Origin: Flavobacteriales bacterium
GTDB taxonomy: Bacteria; Bacteroidota; Bacteroidia; Flavobacteriales_D; Sanyastnellaceae
DNA length: 32,820 bases
Assembly: GCA_044356625.1 (NCBI GenBank)
Contig: JBIKVX010000001.1
Span: 1-32,820 of the forward strand
Direction of reading: 5' to 3'
A program made the translations under genes and the position numbers. The notes under the pieces are model-generated. The model was not told the origin of the DNA. It worked only from the letters and a program-made list of their open reading frames with translations, and ran no database searches. The stretch's first letter is position 1; the number at the start of each line of letters is the position of its first letter. Of the stretch, positions 6,558 through 15,704 are shown piece by piece.

Positions 6558-8018
6558 TTAAACTGCATTTTTGTCTCCCGCAATCATGTTTTGTATGGTC
6601 ATAAAGATAATGCGAATATCAAGAAAGAAAGACCAGTTCTCTAGGTACCAAATATCTGCGTCCACACGTTTTTTCATCTCAATAACTTCAGCAGTCTCAC
6701 CCCTTAGACCTGTTACCTGTGCCCATCCTGTTATACCAGGCTTGGCGAACTGTCGCACCAAAAAGTTACCAATCAATTTGCTATAATCCTCCGTGTGTTT
6801 TAACATGTGCGGGCGCGGACCTACCACAGTCATGTCTCCTTTAAGGACGTTAATAAATTGCGGAAGTTCATCGAAATTCGTTTTGCGAAGAAACCTGCCA
6901 ACAGAAGTAATGCGTAGGTCATTTTTCGTGGCCTGAAGTTCATCGCTCAGAATGTTTACCGACATGGTTCTGAACTTGTAGCACCAAAACTGGATATTGT
7001 TTTCACCCGATCTCAACTGTTTGAAAAACACGGGGCCTTTTGAATTTAATTTAATGGCTATAGCTATCCATGGGAAAATGAGCGGCGTAATAATGAGCAA
7101 TACAAGTAAAGAAAAAAGAAAATCAAATAAACGCTTCATTAGACGGTTAAAAGGACGTTGAAGCGGCTCTTTTCTGAGGGTAACAATAGGTATGCCTTGG
7201 TACAAGTCAATGTTGGGTTGTCTCCCGGAGATTGGGACTCCGAAATAGGGGATAAGTTTGAACCGAATTAAATTATTCTCGCAATAATCTATGATTTCCT
7301 TTAGCTGCGGGTCTTCCTCCTCACCGACCTTCCAGAAAATTTCATCTACATCATTGTCCATCAAAAACTTCATAAGATTCGATGCGTCCCCCAAAAGCTT
7401 CATGTTTTCGGTTGTACTTTCATTAAAAAATTGCTTCGATGGCTTAAAGTAACCCAAAACTTCGTAACCTATAACAATATTAGACGCGAGATTATTGTAA
7501 AGCGCTGTGCTAATTTTATCGTTACCTACAACTATTATAGCCCTTCTACTGCCACCCAGTCTCCAATATTTGGTTATCATTCGGTGAAATAGCAGTCTGC
7601 CCAATAAGAGTAAAACAGAAAAATAACCTGCGAAAATGAACAACCAAAGTCGAGAAATCTCATCGAAATCTAATGCTACAACTACAACAAACAATCCCCC
7701 GAAGTAGAAGAAGAGAGCAAAAACGATCTTCCGAATTTGCTTGTCAATAGAATCTATCCTTTCAAACTTATATATTTTATTATTGGAGGCAATTAAAAAC
7801 CACATGATAGGAGCAAAAGCTATGAATTCTATATATTCACCTCCACTGTTCTGGTATTGAAGCTTTGAGAATCGTGTAAAAGTGGCTAAAACAAATGCGC
7901 ACAACAGGGCAATTGTATCGAATGTAGCCGTAATTATTGAAGTGTAGTATGATAGGCCCTGTTTTTTCACGATTGCAAAATTAGCGATATTCAGTTGAAC
8001 GAAATAATTTTTTGACAA
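6558..8018 (-). CDS. Polyprenyl-phosphate sugar phosphotransferase (WbaP/exopolysaccharide initiating transferase family)
   Basis: N-terminal TM bundle followed by a C-terminal bacterial sugar transferase domain ([32 protein letters not shown]). The track start is TTG 8018, overlapping the upstream gene by 38 nt. An in-frame GTG at 7970 (MKKQGLSYY...) is a plausible alternative start. Confidence 0.85.
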   Translation of the reverse strand: MSKNYFVQLNIANFAIVKKQGLSYYTSIITATFDTIALLCAFVLATFTRFSKLQYQNSGGEYIEFIAFAPIMWFLIASNNKIYKFERIDSIDKQIRKIVFALFFYFGGLFVVVVALDFDEISRLWLFIFAGYFSVLLLLGRLLFHRMITKYWRLGGSRRAIIVVGNDKISTALYNNLASNIVIGYEVLGYFKPSKQFFNESTTENMKLLGDASNLMKFLMDNDVDEIFWKVGEEEDPQLKEIIDYCENNLIRFKLIPYFGVPISGRQPNIDLYQGIPIVTLRKEPLQRPFNRLMKRLFDFLFSLLVLLIITPLIFPWIAIAIKLNSKGPVFFKQLRSGENNIQFWCYKFRTMSVNILSDELQATKNDLRITSVGRFLRKTNFDELPQFINVLKGDMTVVGPRPHMLKHTEDYSKLIGNFLVRQFAKPGITGWAQVTGLRGETAEVIEMKKRVDADIWYLENWSFFLDIRIIFMTIQNMIAGDKNAV

Positions 8019-8745
8019 CGATCTGTTTTAAGAAAAGAGCAACAAATAGCGAATTGGTATAGAGGTATCTCTTGAATAATCTTCTTGGTTCTTGTGCTAA
8101 TCTGAACAACCACTCTAAACTGCACCTTTGCATCCAAACTGGCGCTCTTTTTTGTATCCCAACAAGAACAGGTAGTGCGCCTCCGATACCGACCATACAT
8201 GCATTTATTTTTCCTTTCATGTTGGCCATCCACTTTTCTTGTTTTGGACAACCCAAAGCAACAAAGACTAGGTTTGAGCGGCTTTGGTTAATTCTATTGA
8301 TACATTCCATTTCTTCGCGTTCTGTTAGGTCTCTGAAAGGAGGGCTTTCGAAATGTTTGTTCTCGATTTTGGGATAATTGACTTCTACAAAGGTCACTGT
8401 CCTTTTTTGGGTCTCCTGGGTTCCTCCGTAAAAGTAGACGCCTAATCCCAATGTTTCGGCCTTGTGAAGCAGGCAAGGCAGTAGATCCATCCCGGCCACA
8501 CGTTCTTGTTTTATTCCATAGAGTGCTCTATGCGCAAGCACTAAAGGCATTCCATCTGGAGTTGCCAAATCTGCTTTATTTACTATTTCCGCATAGCCCC
8601 GGTCATTGTGCGCTTCAATGGTCATGTGCACGTTCGCCACGCACACATAGGATGACGAATTGGAAACTGCCAATTCAATAATTCTATTGACGATATCGAC
8701 AAAAGAAAAAGTAGAGATATTTAGATCTAAAATTTTTTTTTTCAA
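7981..8745 (-). CDS. WecG/TagA/CpsF-family glycosyltransferase
   Basis: 254 aa. The pattern ...ATPDGMPLV...YFYGG...[11 protein letters not shown]... is characteristic of the WecG/TagA family. Confidence 0.85.
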   Translation of the reverse strand: MKKKILDLNISTFSFVDIVNRIIELAVSNSSSYVCVANVHMTIEAHNDRGYAEIVNKADLATPDGMPLVLAHRALYGIKQERVAGMDLLPCLLHKAETLGLGVYFYGGTQETQKRTVTFVEVNYPKIENKHFESPPFRDLTEREEMECINRINQSRSNLVFVALGCPKQEKWMANMKGKINACMVGIGGALPVLVGIQKRAPVWMQRCSLEWLFRLAQEPRRLFKRYLYTNSLFVALFLKQIVVKKLFRSTEYR

Positions 8746-9284
8746 AGTTTCTTTCTTGCAATTAATCTTACATGCTCTTCCTTTTCTTTGTTCGAGTCAA
8801 ATCTATCTCTTATTTTTTTTGCGGGATTTCCAGCATAAATAGCGTAAGGCTCGGTGTCTCGTGTAACCACAGAACCCGCTGCTATTAAACAACCGTCATG
8901 AATATTCACCCCCTGCATAATTGTTGAACCATAGCCTATCCACACATCATTGCCAATTCGAGTAACTAAATCTATTCCTTTCCAATTGTAGTGCTTATCT
9001 CTTATGGCGGAAGCTAAGCGAATTGGTGTGCCAATTTGTTGAAAGTTGTGGTCATATTTACCAACTACAGCCACCCGATTGCCAAAAATCACATTGTCAC
9101 CAATGATACAATCGGTTTCAATAAAAGAATCTCTTCCCAAATAAAAGTTTTTTCCTATAACCATTGTAGCTTTTGCCCAAATATTCGTGCGTTTTCCAGC
9201 ATGAAATCCCTTGTTTATTTTATACTTTCGATATTTAATTTGAACTAAGAAAATATCTCTAAACTTTTTTAAAAGCCTTCTCAT
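8742..9284 (-). CDS. Hexapeptide-repeat (LbH) O-acetyltransferase
   Basis: [50 protein letters not shown] is a typical left-handed beta-helix acetyltransferase C-terminus. Confidence 0.8.
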   Translation of the reverse strand: MRRLLKKFRDIFLVQIKYRKYKINKGFHAGKRTNIWAKATMVIGKNFYLGRDSFIETDCIIGDNVIFGNRVAVVGKYDHNFQQIGTPIRLASAIRDKHYNWKGIDLVTRIGNDVWIGYGSTIMQGVNIHDGCLIAAGSVVTRDTEPYAIYAGNPAKKIRDRFDSNKEKEEHVRLIARKKL

Positions 9285-10177
9285 AATCCCAAAATTGTTT
9301 CGATTTTAGACCGTATTCTAGCAATATAGCCCATTTTTTTTTGAAATGATTTTTGCATTTCTGTGTCAATCTGTGTTATTCGAGGAAATTCAAAGTGCAC
9401 ATTGTTCTGCGCCTCAAAAATAGGAATATAGCGCTTTGAAGAGCCTCGTGTATGGGTCGAATTCATTCCAAAACCTACGTTTCGTATTTTTGAGACCTTT
9501 GGATAGAGTGTTAAGCCTTTTTCTTTAAATTGAGCGTAGAACCAACGAATGGCCCAAGAATCCAAGTCGCCGTTCATTTGTTTTTTTAACATTTGATTTA
9601 AATCTGATCCGCCTTTTGCAAATAGTCTTTTAGATTCTCTATCAACACTAAAACTTTCATAATCACTCATATTCCAATCAACTCTTTCCCATCGATTTTT
9701 CCATGTGGACCAGCCCCATGACCAGCCTCGATTCAAAAAATAAAACTCTGATTGATTATTCTTATTTAAATTAAATGAATATCCCGAAATTGAAAACACT
9801 GACGGTGATTCGTTAAATCGAATCAAGCCTTCATTCATGAAATTTAGAAAATTGGCACTTGTTACCAAATCATCTTCTAAAACAACAATCTTTTCATGAT
9901 CTAGAAAAATTTTACTAACCCCCTGAATAATTGAGTTTGCTAGCCCCATATTTTCAGTCGCTTCATAGACTTTTAGCAATTTAAACCCTTCAATTGCATT
10001 AACATAGGATCTTACTTTATCTACTTCAATCTTATCTACATCATTTTTCGCTGCATCACAAAAAACATACAATTCAGAGTCCGGCGCTAAAAAATTATTT
10101 TTAAGGGCCTCAACTGTTTGAATTAAAGTGTCAAGCCGTTTATAACAAAACAGTACAATTGGAGCTAATTGAGTCAT
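9281..10177 (-). CDS. Glycosyltransferase, GT-A fold (family not assigned)
   Basis: [13 protein letters not shown]...YVFCDAAKN...VVLEDDL gives a Rossmann-like N-terminus with an EDD-type acidic motif. It sits inside a glycosyltransferase run. The family call is tentative. Confidence 0.6.
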   Translation of the reverse strand: MTQLAPIVLFCYKRLDTLIQTVEALKNNFLAPDSELYVFCDAAKNDVDKIEVDKVRSYVNAIEGFKLLKVYEATENMGLANSIIQGVSKIFLDHEKIVVLEDDLVTSANFLNFMNEGLIRFNESPSVFSISGYSFNLNKNNQSEFYFLNRGWSWGWSTWKNRWERVDWNMSDYESFSVDRESKRLFAKGGSDLNQMLKKQMNGDLDSWAIRWFYAQFKEKGLTLYPKVSKIRNVGFGMNSTHTRGSSKRYIPIFEAQNNVHFEFPRITQIDTEMQKSFQKKMGYIARIRSKIETILGL

Positions 10178-10211
10178 CTTTATTAAAATATTATGAGCAT
10201 GTCTTAAGTAT

Positions 10212-11051
10212 TTATTGTTTTAATTTCCACAATGCTGGTACAATTGCCCGTAAATGAATGGTAATATAGTGAAAACAGGCCACTACTAAACCATTATGTC
10301 TTTTATCGAATACAAAAAATTCGGGTGGGTAACAACCGCTCGATGCTGTATATAAATTTTGCAATCGCTTTCTCAAACCTACGGAAGTATTCCGCCATTT
10401 AGGAACAAAATCATGACTTTCACAGGTACCTATATAATCGGGGGCAACTAATATCTCGATTCCCATTTTACGTGCCCGAAGACTGTAATCGAAATCGCCC
10501 ACAGCATGATGAAAAATAGGGTCCAGATTTCCTACCTTGCGAAAAACTTCTTTTGGAATTAAAACGCAATTGCCGTTGCAATAGTCACTCCTTTGGTAGT
10601 CACCATTGGGTAAAACTAATTTCCGTAGTGTATTATTGTAACCGCCATAAGTTGCTTTTTGATCAAGTTGGGATTTCGTAGTTCCGCAAACGATAGCACT
10701 CGGAAACTTTTCCTTTAATAAAATTTGAAATGCATTTTTTTTCAAAAAAGTATCGTCATTCAACCATAAATAACAATCAAAATCTTTCGCAGCTGCTGCA
10801 GTTTCCCATGCCAGATGCATACCACGGTTCCAATACAGATTTCCATTCCCTTGAATGATGTATACTTGTGGGAACTCGTTTTTTACCGCTTCGCCAGTTC
10901 CATCATTAGAAGCATCGTCAACTAAAAAGACATCAATGGAATAGGATTCTTCTAATCCAGCTTGTTCGTACAAGGCGGTAACGCATTGGATGGTTTTATC
11001 CCGGCGATTGTGGCAGGTAAGAAGTACTGCAATTGTTGAGATTAGGATCAT
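10212..11051 (-). CDS. Glycosyltransferase family 2
   Basis: AVLLTCHNRRDKT...VFLVDDASNDGT...WLNDDTFL are classic GT2 motifs. Confidence 0.85.
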   Translation of the reverse strand: MILISTIAVLLTCHNRRDKTIQCVTALYEQAGLEESYSIDVFLVDDASNDGTGEAVKNEFPQVYIIQGNGNLYWNRGMHLAWETAAAAKDFDCYLWLNDDTFLKKNAFQILLKEKFPSAIVCGTTKSQLDQKATYGGYNNTLRKLVLPNGDYQRSDYCNGNCVLIPKEVFRKVGNLDPIFHHAVGDFDYSLRARKMGIEILVAPDYIGTCESHDFVPKWRNTSVGLRKRLQNLYTASSGCYPPEFFVFDKRHNGLVVACFHYITIHLRAIVPALWKLKQ

Positions 11052-11197
11052 TTAAAAACTAAACTAATTGGTTAAAAATACTTAATACAGTCTTTTTTCT
11101 TTCTGGGATTAGTATTTGAAATATACAGCACTCCCAGTATTTCAATTCTATTTTTCTTGAGCCAACAAACAAACATGTCTGGAGATAATAAAGACGA

Positions 11198-12427
11198 TCA
11201 GAATTGAGCAATTTTTTTATTGAAGTGGTTTGTTCCGGCATTTTGTTTTGATCGTTTCACATAAAAAAGAATTAAAATTATTGGGGAGAATTCCATTGGA
11301 TTCGAGAATATTATAAAAAGAATGCATAAAGTTGTAAAAATTGTGATTAAATGATTTTTTGAAAAATGTTGTAAGTTTCTATACAATAAACCTAAATATA
11401 TGATTAGGCCAAAAACCCCAAAAACCAACAAAAGATAAAATAAACCAGATGATCTAATTACATTAGCGCCATAAATTTTATAAAGACTGTTTTTTCCCGT
11501 TGTTTGTATATCAACACCGTATCCTAATAAAGGACGCTCCAAGAATGTCGGGAAATCTATAATGACACTAGTAAATCTTGTGACGCCGACAATATAGTCA
11601 GGGTTTTTATAAGCTTTATCAGCTTCTTCTTCGATTCCCTCTAGTTGAGCACTAATTTTACCGGATAATACTTGCGAATTATAAAATAAATACATCCCAA
11701 CTGGGAAAAATATAGCGAGGCCAATTACCTTGACTCTGCCTTTATAATTATTAAGAAAATTAAAAAGTAAAATCAAACCAAGCAATAAGTAACCCGTTGT
11801 AGATATAGTTGTCAATAAACCTAATGAGATAATTATCTTTTCTCTGGGTTTTTTTTCAGAGCTGTAAAATTGTAAAAGCAAAAGTGCTATAATTAAAAGT
11901 GCAGCAAAAGCACCTGGCTCCCACATGCAACCACTGTTCCGAATTGGGTGAACGCGGGTAAAATTAAAAAATAGCGAGTTAGAATTACCTCGAGAATCCA
12001 TCCCAAACAAGTTATTGAATTTAAACAATAAGTCGGGGACCAGTAATTGCAACACATATCCGAAAAAACTCACAATCGTCAAAAAACAGACAACTTTTAT
12101 AAAATTGTCAATGAACTGACTTTTATTTATTCTGACAATGAGAATTGCTAAAATGATTTTTATCAACCATCCCACCCATGTTACAATATTAATGCTCGAA
12201 TTTGCCACATAATAGTAGCCTATAATAAATATTACTAAAAATAATATGCTAAATAATTGTTTGCTAGAAAATTGAAATATTCTTTTTTTGATAGCATAAC
12301 CGAGCGTGAATAAAAAAAATAAACTTATGTAAATTTCATCTGATGAAATAAAAGATGCATTAGAACTAAATACAATCAAGGCAAAAACGAAAAAGTTATC
12401 GATGATTTGCTGTTTATTGATAATCAT
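11198..12427 (-). CDS. O-antigen/EPS polymerase (Wzy-like) polytopic membrane protein
   Basis: About 10 predicted TM segments, very A+T-rich, located between the flippase/acetyltransferase and glycosyltransferases. The track ORF extends to 12526 across the upstream gene. I start it at the in-frame ATG 12427 (MIINKQQ...). The function call rests on topology and context only. Confidence 0.6.
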   Translation of the reverse strand: MIINKQQIIDNFFVFALIVFSSNASFISSDEIYISLFFLFTLGYAIKKRIFQFSSKQLFSILFLVIFIIGYYYVANSSINIVTWVGWLIKIILAILIVRINKSQFIDNFIKVVCFLTIVSFFGYVLQLLVPDLLFKFNNLFGMDSRGNSNSLFFNFTRVHPIRNSGCMWEPGAFAALLIIALLLLQFYSSEKKPREKIIISLGLLTTISTTGYLLLGLILLFNFLNNYKGRVKVIGLAIFFPVGMYLFYNSQVLSGKISAQLEGIEEEADKAYKNPDYIVGVTRFTSVIIDFPTFLERPLLGYGVDIQTTGKNSLYKIYGANVIRSSGLFYLLLVFGVFGLIIYLGLLYRNLQHFSKNHLITIFTTLCILFIIFSNPMEFSPIILILFYVKRSKQNAGTNHFNKKIAQF

Positions 12428-13052
12428 TATTGTGTTTAATAAATTTAGCTGGGTTCCCTGCCCAAATTTCATTTTTTGGTATGGACTTCGTAACAACAGA
12501 ACATGCCCCGACAATAGAGTTTTCACCTATGATTACACCTTTTAGGATTGTCGAATGGGCCCCAATAAAGCAATTATCCTCTAAGAATACTGGTGCCGTT
12601 TTGGTATTTGATTTATCTAACTTACTGTTGTTTCTGTTGTCAGGATTCAAACTATGGAAATCCGTATCATAAATAACAACATTTCCTCCTATTCTTACAT
12701 TATTACCTATTGTAATGACATTCGAGCAGAAAATAGCTGTTGAACTCATACCTAAATTATTTCCTATTTTCAGAACGCCTTTTTCACCAACAATTATACT
12801 ACATTTATTAAACCGGCCTATTGGATTAGCGTTTTCTCTATTGTTCATTTTCAAATTTTCTCCTATGAAGAGATAACCTCCTAATGAAACGTTTACTTTC
12901 GGCACTCCATTACTTTTAAAAGTCGAGAATTTGGCGCCGTTCACAAATAACAAAATATATGTTGTTAAATAATCTATTGGTTTTTGAATTATGAAAATAA
13001 TTCTTTTTAAGACTTTAAAAAGGCGTGTTAAGGTCATTTTCATTGGTTCCAA
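12414..13052 (-). CDS. Hexapeptide-repeat (LbH) acetyltransferase
   Basis: IGNNVRIGGNVVIYDTDFHSL...CFIGAHSTILKGVIIGENSIVGACSVVTKSIPKNEIWAGNPAKFI. Confidence 0.8.
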   Translation of the reverse strand: MEPMKMTLTRLFKVLKRIIFIIQKPIDYLTTYILLFVNGAKFSTFKSNGVPKVNVSLGGYLFIGENLKMNNRENANPIGRFNKCSIIVGEKGVLKIGNNLGMSSTAIFCSNVITIGNNVRIGGNVVIYDTDFHSLNPDNRNNSKLDKSNTKTAPVFLEDNCFIGAHSTILKGVIIGENSIVGACSVVTKSIPKNEIWAGNPAKFIKHNNDYQ

Positions 13053-14404
13053 ATTCCTTTTGCTGTTTCAGATATAATTTTTTTAAACTGTATTCTAGAA
13101 AAAATAACCCCCGGGGCAATACAAATTATAGTGCTAATCATAACTCCTACAACTCCAAAATCAAGTGATTTTGCAATGTAAATAGAAAGAGGTATATTTA
13201 TTAGTGCCATTAATAAAGACAGGTATAGTTGAATCTTAATTTTTCCAGTTGCATTTATATAATAATTATATGGTGTTAACACAATAATAAAAATCGTCAT
13301 AATGCAAACCGCAAGATTTATTTCAAAAGGAATGAATACGGAGGGACCTAGCCAAAAATTTAAAATGTACTTTGACAGAAATAGAATCACTAAACAGAGA
13401 ATTGAAAATAGAATAACAAATCGCTCAAGACTCTTCATAGCACCTTTAATCCAGATGGTATCGGCTTTCACATGCGCCTCCGTAAAAGTTGACCAATAGG
13501 GGGTCGCCAATATTGCAAATATCATTGAACTAATCGTAAATAGTTTTAAGGAAAGGTTATATTGAACAACATCTTCAGGGGAGAATAGTTGAGAAATAAT
13601 TATATTGTCGGTAGAGGTAATTACCACCCATGAAATTTGAATTATAAAAAATTTGCTCCCCAATCCGAAAATATCTTTCAAGTGCTCTTTCTTCCAATAT
13701 TTATAATCAGGTTTGCAATAGTTATATCGTCCTTTAAAAGCAAGGAAATTAAACCCAACCAACAAAAGTGCAGGAAACACTGAGTAAATAACACCAAAAA
13801 TAAGCAAAGAACTATTTGTGGTTTTCGTCAACAACCAAACTATCAACAAGGACCCTAAATTAGTAAGAAAAGTTATCTTCCCTTGAGTTGAATGGTGTTG
13901 GTCCGCTGTATAAATTGTGGTTATTAGTTTTACGACTAATTGCAAACAGAAGAAACCAAATAAAATAGGCATTAAGAGACCTAGGTCTTTGTGTAATGAC
14001 GGAGAGGTATTAAAGACTTTCGTCCAATCAATAAAAAAGTTAAGTCCTACAAACAAAATAATTAACCCGATACTAACAGCACCAATTGTGAAATAAGCTG
14101 AACTCACAAAAGCCTTGGCAAGAGTTAAATCTCCATTGGCCTTGGCTTCGGCAAATTTATTGCGTAAACCATTACCTAATCCAATGTCAAAAAATGAAAA
14201 CCAAGCAATAAAAGAACTCAACGTTAACCAAATTCCATAATTCTCTATTTCTAGAAAATTAATGGTCAATGGGACAATCATAAAACTCGCCAATATACTT
14301 CCGCCTTTGTAAATAAAAGAAAGAAGAACATGCTTGGTTATGTTTTTCGTGCGGTCGCTTTTAATCCCAAATTTATTGTAAAGCTTTTCTATTCTTCGTC
14401 CCAA
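13040..14404 (-). CDS. wzx: Wzx-type polysaccharide flippase (MOP superfamily)
   Basis: 454 aa with about 12 TM segments and a typical position in the cluster. The track start is TTG 14404 with an A-rich upstream region; the exact start is uncertain. Confidence 0.8.
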   Translation of the reverse strand: MGRRIEKLYNKFGIKSDRTKNITKHVLLSFIYKGGSILASFMIVPLTINFLEIENYGIWLTLSSFIAWFSFFDIGLGNGLRNKFAEAKANGDLTLAKAFVSSAYFTIGAVSIGLIILFVGLNFFIDWTKVFNTSPSLHKDLGLLMPILFGFFCLQLVVKLITTIYTADQHHSTQGKITFLTNLGSLLIVWLLTKTTNSSLLIFGVIYSVFPALLLVGFNFLAFKGRYNYCKPDYKYWKKEHLKDIFGLGSKFFIIQISWVVITSTDNIIISQLFSPEDVVQYNLSLKLFTISSMIFAILATPYWSTFTEAHVKADTIWIKGAMKSLERFVILFSILCLVILFLSKYILNFWLGPSVFIPFEINLAVCIMTIFIIVLTPYNYYINATGKIKIQLYLSLLMALINIPLSIYIAKSLDFGVVGVMISTIICIAPGVIFSRIQFKKIISETAKGIWNQ

Positions 14405-14555
14405 TTCTTTCTTTATAAAAATTTATTTCAAGACTATAATAGTCGTGCCTCTTGCTCATCCCACGAAATTGCAAATGATTTTGCTACCCTGAAGCGATTT
14501 GGTGGCATTCAAGGTAATTGACATCGCAATGGCCATAATGGCTTCACACTTCTTA

Positions 14556-15638
14556 TTAATACCTTTCAATAACACCTAAATCACTCGCCACCATCTCCTT
14601 CACCATCGCCTGTAAATCATACTTTGGTTCCCAACCTAATTGTGTTTTCGATTTGGTAGGGTCACCTATGAGCAGATCTACTTCCGTGGGGCGATAATAT
14701 TCTGGGTCTACGCGGACCAAGACTTTTCCAATTGGCAGTTCAAAGTTGGGGTGGTGGCATGCCTTTACTCTCGCAATTTCGTTTTCATTCTCCCCTTCGA
14801 AGGACAACTCGATACCAACTTCATTGAAGGCCATAATGACAAAATCTCGGATGTAGGTGGTAACCCCGGTAGCGATTACGAAATCTTCTGGCTTATCTTG
14901 TTGTAAAATTCGCCACATGGCCTCCACGTAGTCTTTAGCGTGGCCCCAATCGCGCTGCGCGTTGAGGTTGCCGAGATAAAGGCACTCCTGCTTGCCAAGA
15001 GCAATAGCTGCAGTGGCCATAGTAATTTTTCGAGTTACGAACGTTTCTCCCCTTCTTGGCGATTCGTGGTTAAACAAGATGCCGTTGCAGGCAAACATGC
15101 CGTATGCCTCACGGTAGTTTTTAGTAATCCAGAACCCGTATATTTTAGCTGCGCCGTATGGCGAGCGTGGGTAAAAGGGAGACTGTTCGTCGTAAAATCC
15201 TTTTTCGTTCTTGTTTTCAGCCAAACCACCATACAATTCCGAAGTAGAGGCTTGGTAAATGCGTGTTTTCTTTTCTATGCCAAGTATGCGAACTGCTTCT
15301 AAAATCCTCAACGTGCCAATGCCGTCTACGTTTGCCACATACTCTGGTGAGTCGAAAGATACCTTCACGTGAGACATTGCACCGAGGTTATAAATCTCGT
15401 CGGGCTGCACCTCTTGAATAATGCGGATGATATTTGTAGAGTCTGTCAAATCGCCGTAGTGCAATTTAAAATTCACTTGGAGCTCGTGCTTATCTTGATA
15501 CAAATGATCTATTCGCTGCGTGTTAAAAGAAGATGCTCTTCTTTTAACGCCATGCACCTCATATCCTTTTTCAAGTAAAAGTTCGGCTAAATAAGAGCCG
15601 TCTTGCCCCGTAATGCCTGTTATCAAAGCTTTTTTCAT
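14556..15638 (-). CDS. gmd: GDP-mannose 4,6-dehydratase
   Basis: [58 protein letters not shown] are near-canonical Gmd motifs. Confidence 0.95.
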   Translation of the reverse strand: MKKALITGITGQDGSYLAELLLEKGYEVHGVKRRASSFNTQRIDHLYQDKHELQVNFKLHYGDLTDSTNIIRIIQEVQPDEIYNLGAMSHVKVSFDSPEYVANVDGIGTLRILEAVRILGIEKKTRIYQASTSELYGGLAENKNEKGFYDEQSPFYPRSPYGAAKIYGFWITKNYREAYGMFACNGILFNHESPRRGETFVTRKITMATAAIALGKQECLYLGNLNAQRDWGHAKDYVEAMWRILQQDKPEDFVIATGVTTYIRDFVIMAFNEVGIELSFEGENENEIARVKACHHPNFELPIGKVLVRVDPEYYRPTEVDLLIGDPTKSKTQLGWEPKYDLQAMVKEMVASDLGVIERY

Positions 15639-15704
15639 ATTTCAAATATTAATTTTTCCTTATGGCTTCGCCGACGCCTGTTACATGTCATTTAGAAAAA
15701 CTTT

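Noticed and set aside
11059-11241. 60-aa ORF in the wzy-GT2 gap as a small protein gene
   Set aside because: It overlaps the 3' end of wzy, has no recognisable features, and the gap is better explained as regulatory or structural DNA.
12428-12526. Longer Wzy start at 12526 (track)
   Set aside because: It would overlap the upstream acetyltransferase by 113 nt, and the extra residues are non-hydrophobic read-through of that gene's other frame. The in-frame ATG at 12427 precedes the first TM segment.
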